From an uncultured Gammaproteobacteria bacterium (GTDB taxonomy: Bacteria > Patescibacteriota > Patescibacteriia > UBA2591 > UBA6264), in NCBI GenBank assembly GCA_964507075.1, contig CAZDOL010000001.1:1-12939 (forward strand): DNA of 12,939 nucleotides. Direction: 5' to 3'. The notes beneath the pieces are model-generated. The model was not told the DNA's origin. It did no database searches and worked only from the letters and a program-made list of their open reading frames with translations. The translations under genes and the position numbers were made by a program. Of the stretch, positions 10,644 through 12,939 are shown in pieces (positions within the stretch are counted from its first letter, which is position 1; each line of letters starts with the position of its first letter).

Positions 10644-12063
10644 GGTTAAAAATGATAATAACTGAAATTAAATAAAAAATTCCTAAAGCATGAAATAAAT
10701 ATGGGCCAGTAATAGTTGCTACCACTAAACTTAATAAGCCAGCGCCCAAACCAACAATCAATCTCTGTCGTTTGATGTTGCCTTGAGCTCTTTGAAATAA
10801 TTGTCGCCCCTGATAAAAAATAATTGCTAAAATAAAACAATATAAAATCAAACCTAATAATCCTAATTCTAGCCAAATCTCCAGATAGCCCCAATCAATA
10901 TGGAACGTAATGTCTTCTTTTTGAGAAAGAGGATTTAAATAAGATATAGTTGAACCTAAGCCGTATCCAAAAATCGGTTTTTCTTTTATCTTTTCTAATA
11001 AACGTGGCAAAATAGACAAACGAGTAGAGGCGCTTAATTCATCGTCAGGAGAAGTAATGCTTCTCATTCTCTGTTGTAAATAAGCTATATTTGGATTTTG
11101 ATTTATTAAAAAATTAAGAACTCCAAATTCAGTAATCAAAAAAATTACTATTATTAAAAAGAAAACTATCCATTTTTTAAATTTTAACCCTTGGGCCAAA
11201 AAAATCAATCCCAAAAATAAACCCAAAAAATAAGCACGAGAGAAATTTATCAAAAATGCTAAGCTTGCTAAAATGCACAAAAAAATAACACTCTTTTTTC
11301 TGGTAGAACGATTAGCCAGAAAACTAAGGAGAATTAAAAAGAAAGGCAAAATCAAAAGATGTGCTGAACTGACAATCCGAAAAAAATTATTACCAGCTGA
11401 AGTTGCCTTACCGAAAACTGTTTGTCTCCACCACCAGTAAAATTGATCGTGCACACTTACTAATCCAGTCGCAAAAAGAAAGAGAACTATAATTGTCAAA
11501 AGAGAAATACCTATAATCCCTGCTTGAATAATTTGTTTGCCTCTTTTTTGGAAAAATCTATTCCCTATTACTTCTGACAAAGGGAAGATTAAAAAGAAAT
11601 AAGAATAATTTAAAAAATCTTTAAGAGCTAAAAATTTGTTATTAATAAACCATCCACGACACAAAGAAAAAATAACTACAAACAAAAAAGCCAAAAGAGC
11701 AAAAGATAAAGGAGATTTATCTAAAAGAATTAAATTTTTTAATTTTTTAAAAGAAAATTTAGGCCAAAAAACTTTTCTAAAAAACCAAACTAGCATTATT
11801 ACAAGAAATAAAGACAAGCGGAGAGAAATGCCCCTAAAGCTAAAACAATGTCCTTCGTGTCCAGCCAAAAACTCAAATAATAAAAATAAAAAACCGTATT
11901 CAATCTTGCACCAACTAAAAATAATGGCTGCAAGAATAATTAAAAGAAAAATTATTTCTTGCAATCCTGGCCAAGAACGACCAAGCAGAGATAAGAATTG
12001 GAATACAAAATATGCATAAACTAAAAATCGAATTTTAAAAAGAGAATTAATAAATTTTGACAT
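10615..12063 (-). CDS. O-antigen ligase/polymerase family (Wzy_C-type) polytopic membrane protein, 482 aa
   Basis: About 10-12 hydrophobic helices are present. The characteristic Wzy_C region includes NFSRAYFLGLFLGLIF, then a large loop with RLSILPRLLEKIKEKPIFGYGLGS and the conserved His context FHIDWGYLEIWLELGLLGLILY. Both ends overlap the flanking GT2 genes. Confidence 0.85.
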   Translation of the reverse strand: MSKFINSLFKIRFLVYAYFVFQFLSLLGRSWPGLQEIIFLLIILAAIIFSWCKIEYGFLFLLFEFLAGHEGHCFSFRGISLRLSLFLVIMLVWFFRKVFWPKFSFKKLKNLILLDKSPLSFALLAFLFVVIFSLCRGWFINNKFLALKDFLNYSYFFLIFPLSEVIGNRFFQKRGKQIIQAGIIGISLLTIIVLFLFATGLVSVHDQFYWWWRQTVFGKATSAGNNFFRIVSSAHLLILPFFLILLSFLANRSTRKKSVIFLCILASLAFLINFSRAYFLGLFLGLIFLAQGLKFKKWIVFFLIIVIFLITEFGVLNFLINQNPNIAYLQQRMRSITSPDDELSASTRLSILPRLLEKIKEKPIFGYGLGSTISYLNPLSQKEDITFHIDWGYLEIWLELGLLGLILYCFILAIIFYQGRQLFQRAQGNIKRQRLIVGLGAGLLSLVVATITGPYLFHALGIFYLISVIIIFNHESKKEEKL

Positions 12064-12939
12064 TTTGCTTTCTGAATATTTTTTTAATTACCAAAAATAA
12101 ACCGCTTATCCAAGCCAAAAATAGACTTAAAGGATAAAAAAATGATAAAAATCCAACTTTCCAGGGATGATGTTTTTTAAAATAATAAATTGCGCTTCTG
12201 TTATAAATCTTTTGTTTAGCTAATGAAAGAACTTGGGCAAAACTTTGAGACCCATAATGAACAATGGTTGGCTCCGGAGAATAAACCACTTTCCATCCCG
12301 CCTTTTTTGTTCTTTTGCAAAAATCAACTTCCTCAAACCAAATATAAAATTTTTCATCTAACATACCAATTTTAGACAAAACCTCTCTCTTGGTCATCAG
12401 AAAAGCTCCCATAACTTGGTCTACTGAAACTGTTTTCTTATAATCAAAATTAAGTTGAAAATAGTTTTGCAATACTTTAGCTCGCGGAAAAACATGATGT
12501 AGTTTTAAAGAAATCATTATCTGGGGAATAAGTTTAGGAAAATTTCTAACTGATAATTGTGTTTGTTTATTGGCCTCCAATAAACGACAACCCAAAACTC
12601 CCCAGTCCTTATTTTTTTTCATCAACTCAACTGCTTTTGCTAAACTCCCCCTTTCTATAATCTCTGTATCTGGATTCAGTAACAAAACATATTCTCCTTG
12701 AGCTTGTTTTATGCCTTGATTATTAGCTTTGGCAAAACCTAAATTTTGATTATTAAGAACAATTTTCACATTTGCTTCAGTTTTAAAACTGGCTAAAAAT
12801 TCCTTGCTGTCATCACGCGTAGAATTATTATCAATCACGATAATTTCATAATCCAAATCAGAAGTATTCTTAATAACAGAAAGCAAGCATCTTTCTAAAT
12901 AATGCTTTACATTCCAATTAACAATAATAATTGATAAAA
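12047..12939 (-). CDS. Family 2 glycosyltransferase with C-terminal membrane anchor (5' end runs off the window)
   Basis: The ORF track starts at a TTG at 12886, but the frame stays open to the window edge and reads (F)LSIIIVNWNVKHYLERCLLSVIKNTSDLDYEIIVIDNNS. This is the canonical GT2 N-terminus, so the true start is beyond 12939. Also present are NLGFAKANNQG, LNPD and FEEVDFCKRTKKAGWKVVYSPEPTIVH. The C-terminal hydrophobic helix is LSFFYPLSLFLAWISGLFLVI. Confidence 0.9.
   Translation of the reverse strand, partial: LSIIIVNWNVKHYLERCLLSVIKNTSDLDYEIIVIDNNSTRDDSKEFLASFKTEANVKIVLNNQNLGFAKANNQGIKQAQGEYVLLLNPDTEIIERGSLAKAVELMKKNKDWGVLGCRLLEANKQTQLSVRNFPKLIPQIMISLKLHHVFPRAKVLQNYFQLNFDYKKTVSVDQVMGAFLMTKREVLSKIGMLDEKFYIWFEEVDFCKRTKKAGWKVVYSPEPTIVHYGSQSFAQVLSLAKQKIYNRSAIYYFKKHHPWKVGFLSFFYPLSLFLAWISGLFLVIKKIFRKQNVKIY

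Noticed and set aside
10069-12019. ORFs 10069..10398 (+), 10646..10894 (-) and 11636..12019 (+)
   Set aside because: They are nested within, or antisense to, the well-supported GT2 and Wzy_C genes. Their translations are Lys/Ser/Pro-rich artefacts of AT-rich antisense sequence.

Overview
Every gene I can support is on the minus strand. In transcription order (high to low coordinates) the window holds: a family-2 glycosyltransferase (GT2) whose 5' end runs off the window; a polytopic O-antigen-ligase/polymerase-family (Wzy_C-type) membrane protein; two more GT2s; a 331-bp structured non-coding leader; one giant 7.3-kb ORF encoding a 2,437-aa secreted multi-domain surface protein; a terminator embedded in a mosaic of palindromic repeats; an orphan 116-aa gene with its own promoter, strong Shine-Dalgarno (SD) site and terminator; and an FKBP-type PPIase lipoprotein whose 3' end runs off the window. 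I found no rRNA, tRNA, CRISPR array, transposase, integrase or reverse transcriptase. The DNA is AT-rich, and by eye the glycosyltransferase block is the most AT-rich part. The gene content (giant adhesin or S-layer-like protein, paralogous GT2s, very short or overlapping gene junctions) suggests a low-GC, probably uncultivated bacterium. A Patescibacteria/CPR-like origin is inference only. Four things deserve a second look. (1) The GT2/Wzy_C operon sits directly upstream of the giant Thr/Ser/Asn-rich secreted protein and may be a dedicated surface-protein glycosylation system. (2) A family of GC-rich palindromic units (core ACCCGWCGGGT) occurs six times, only between genes, forms mosaics at both ends of the giant gene, and shows compensatory stem changes. 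(3) A near-consensus promoter, a 16-codon mini-ORF and a terminator-like hairpin lie in the leader of the giant gene. (4) The giant protein contains unusual Met/Gly/Phe-rich low-complexity linkers. All domain calls come from motif recognition by eye; no database search was run.
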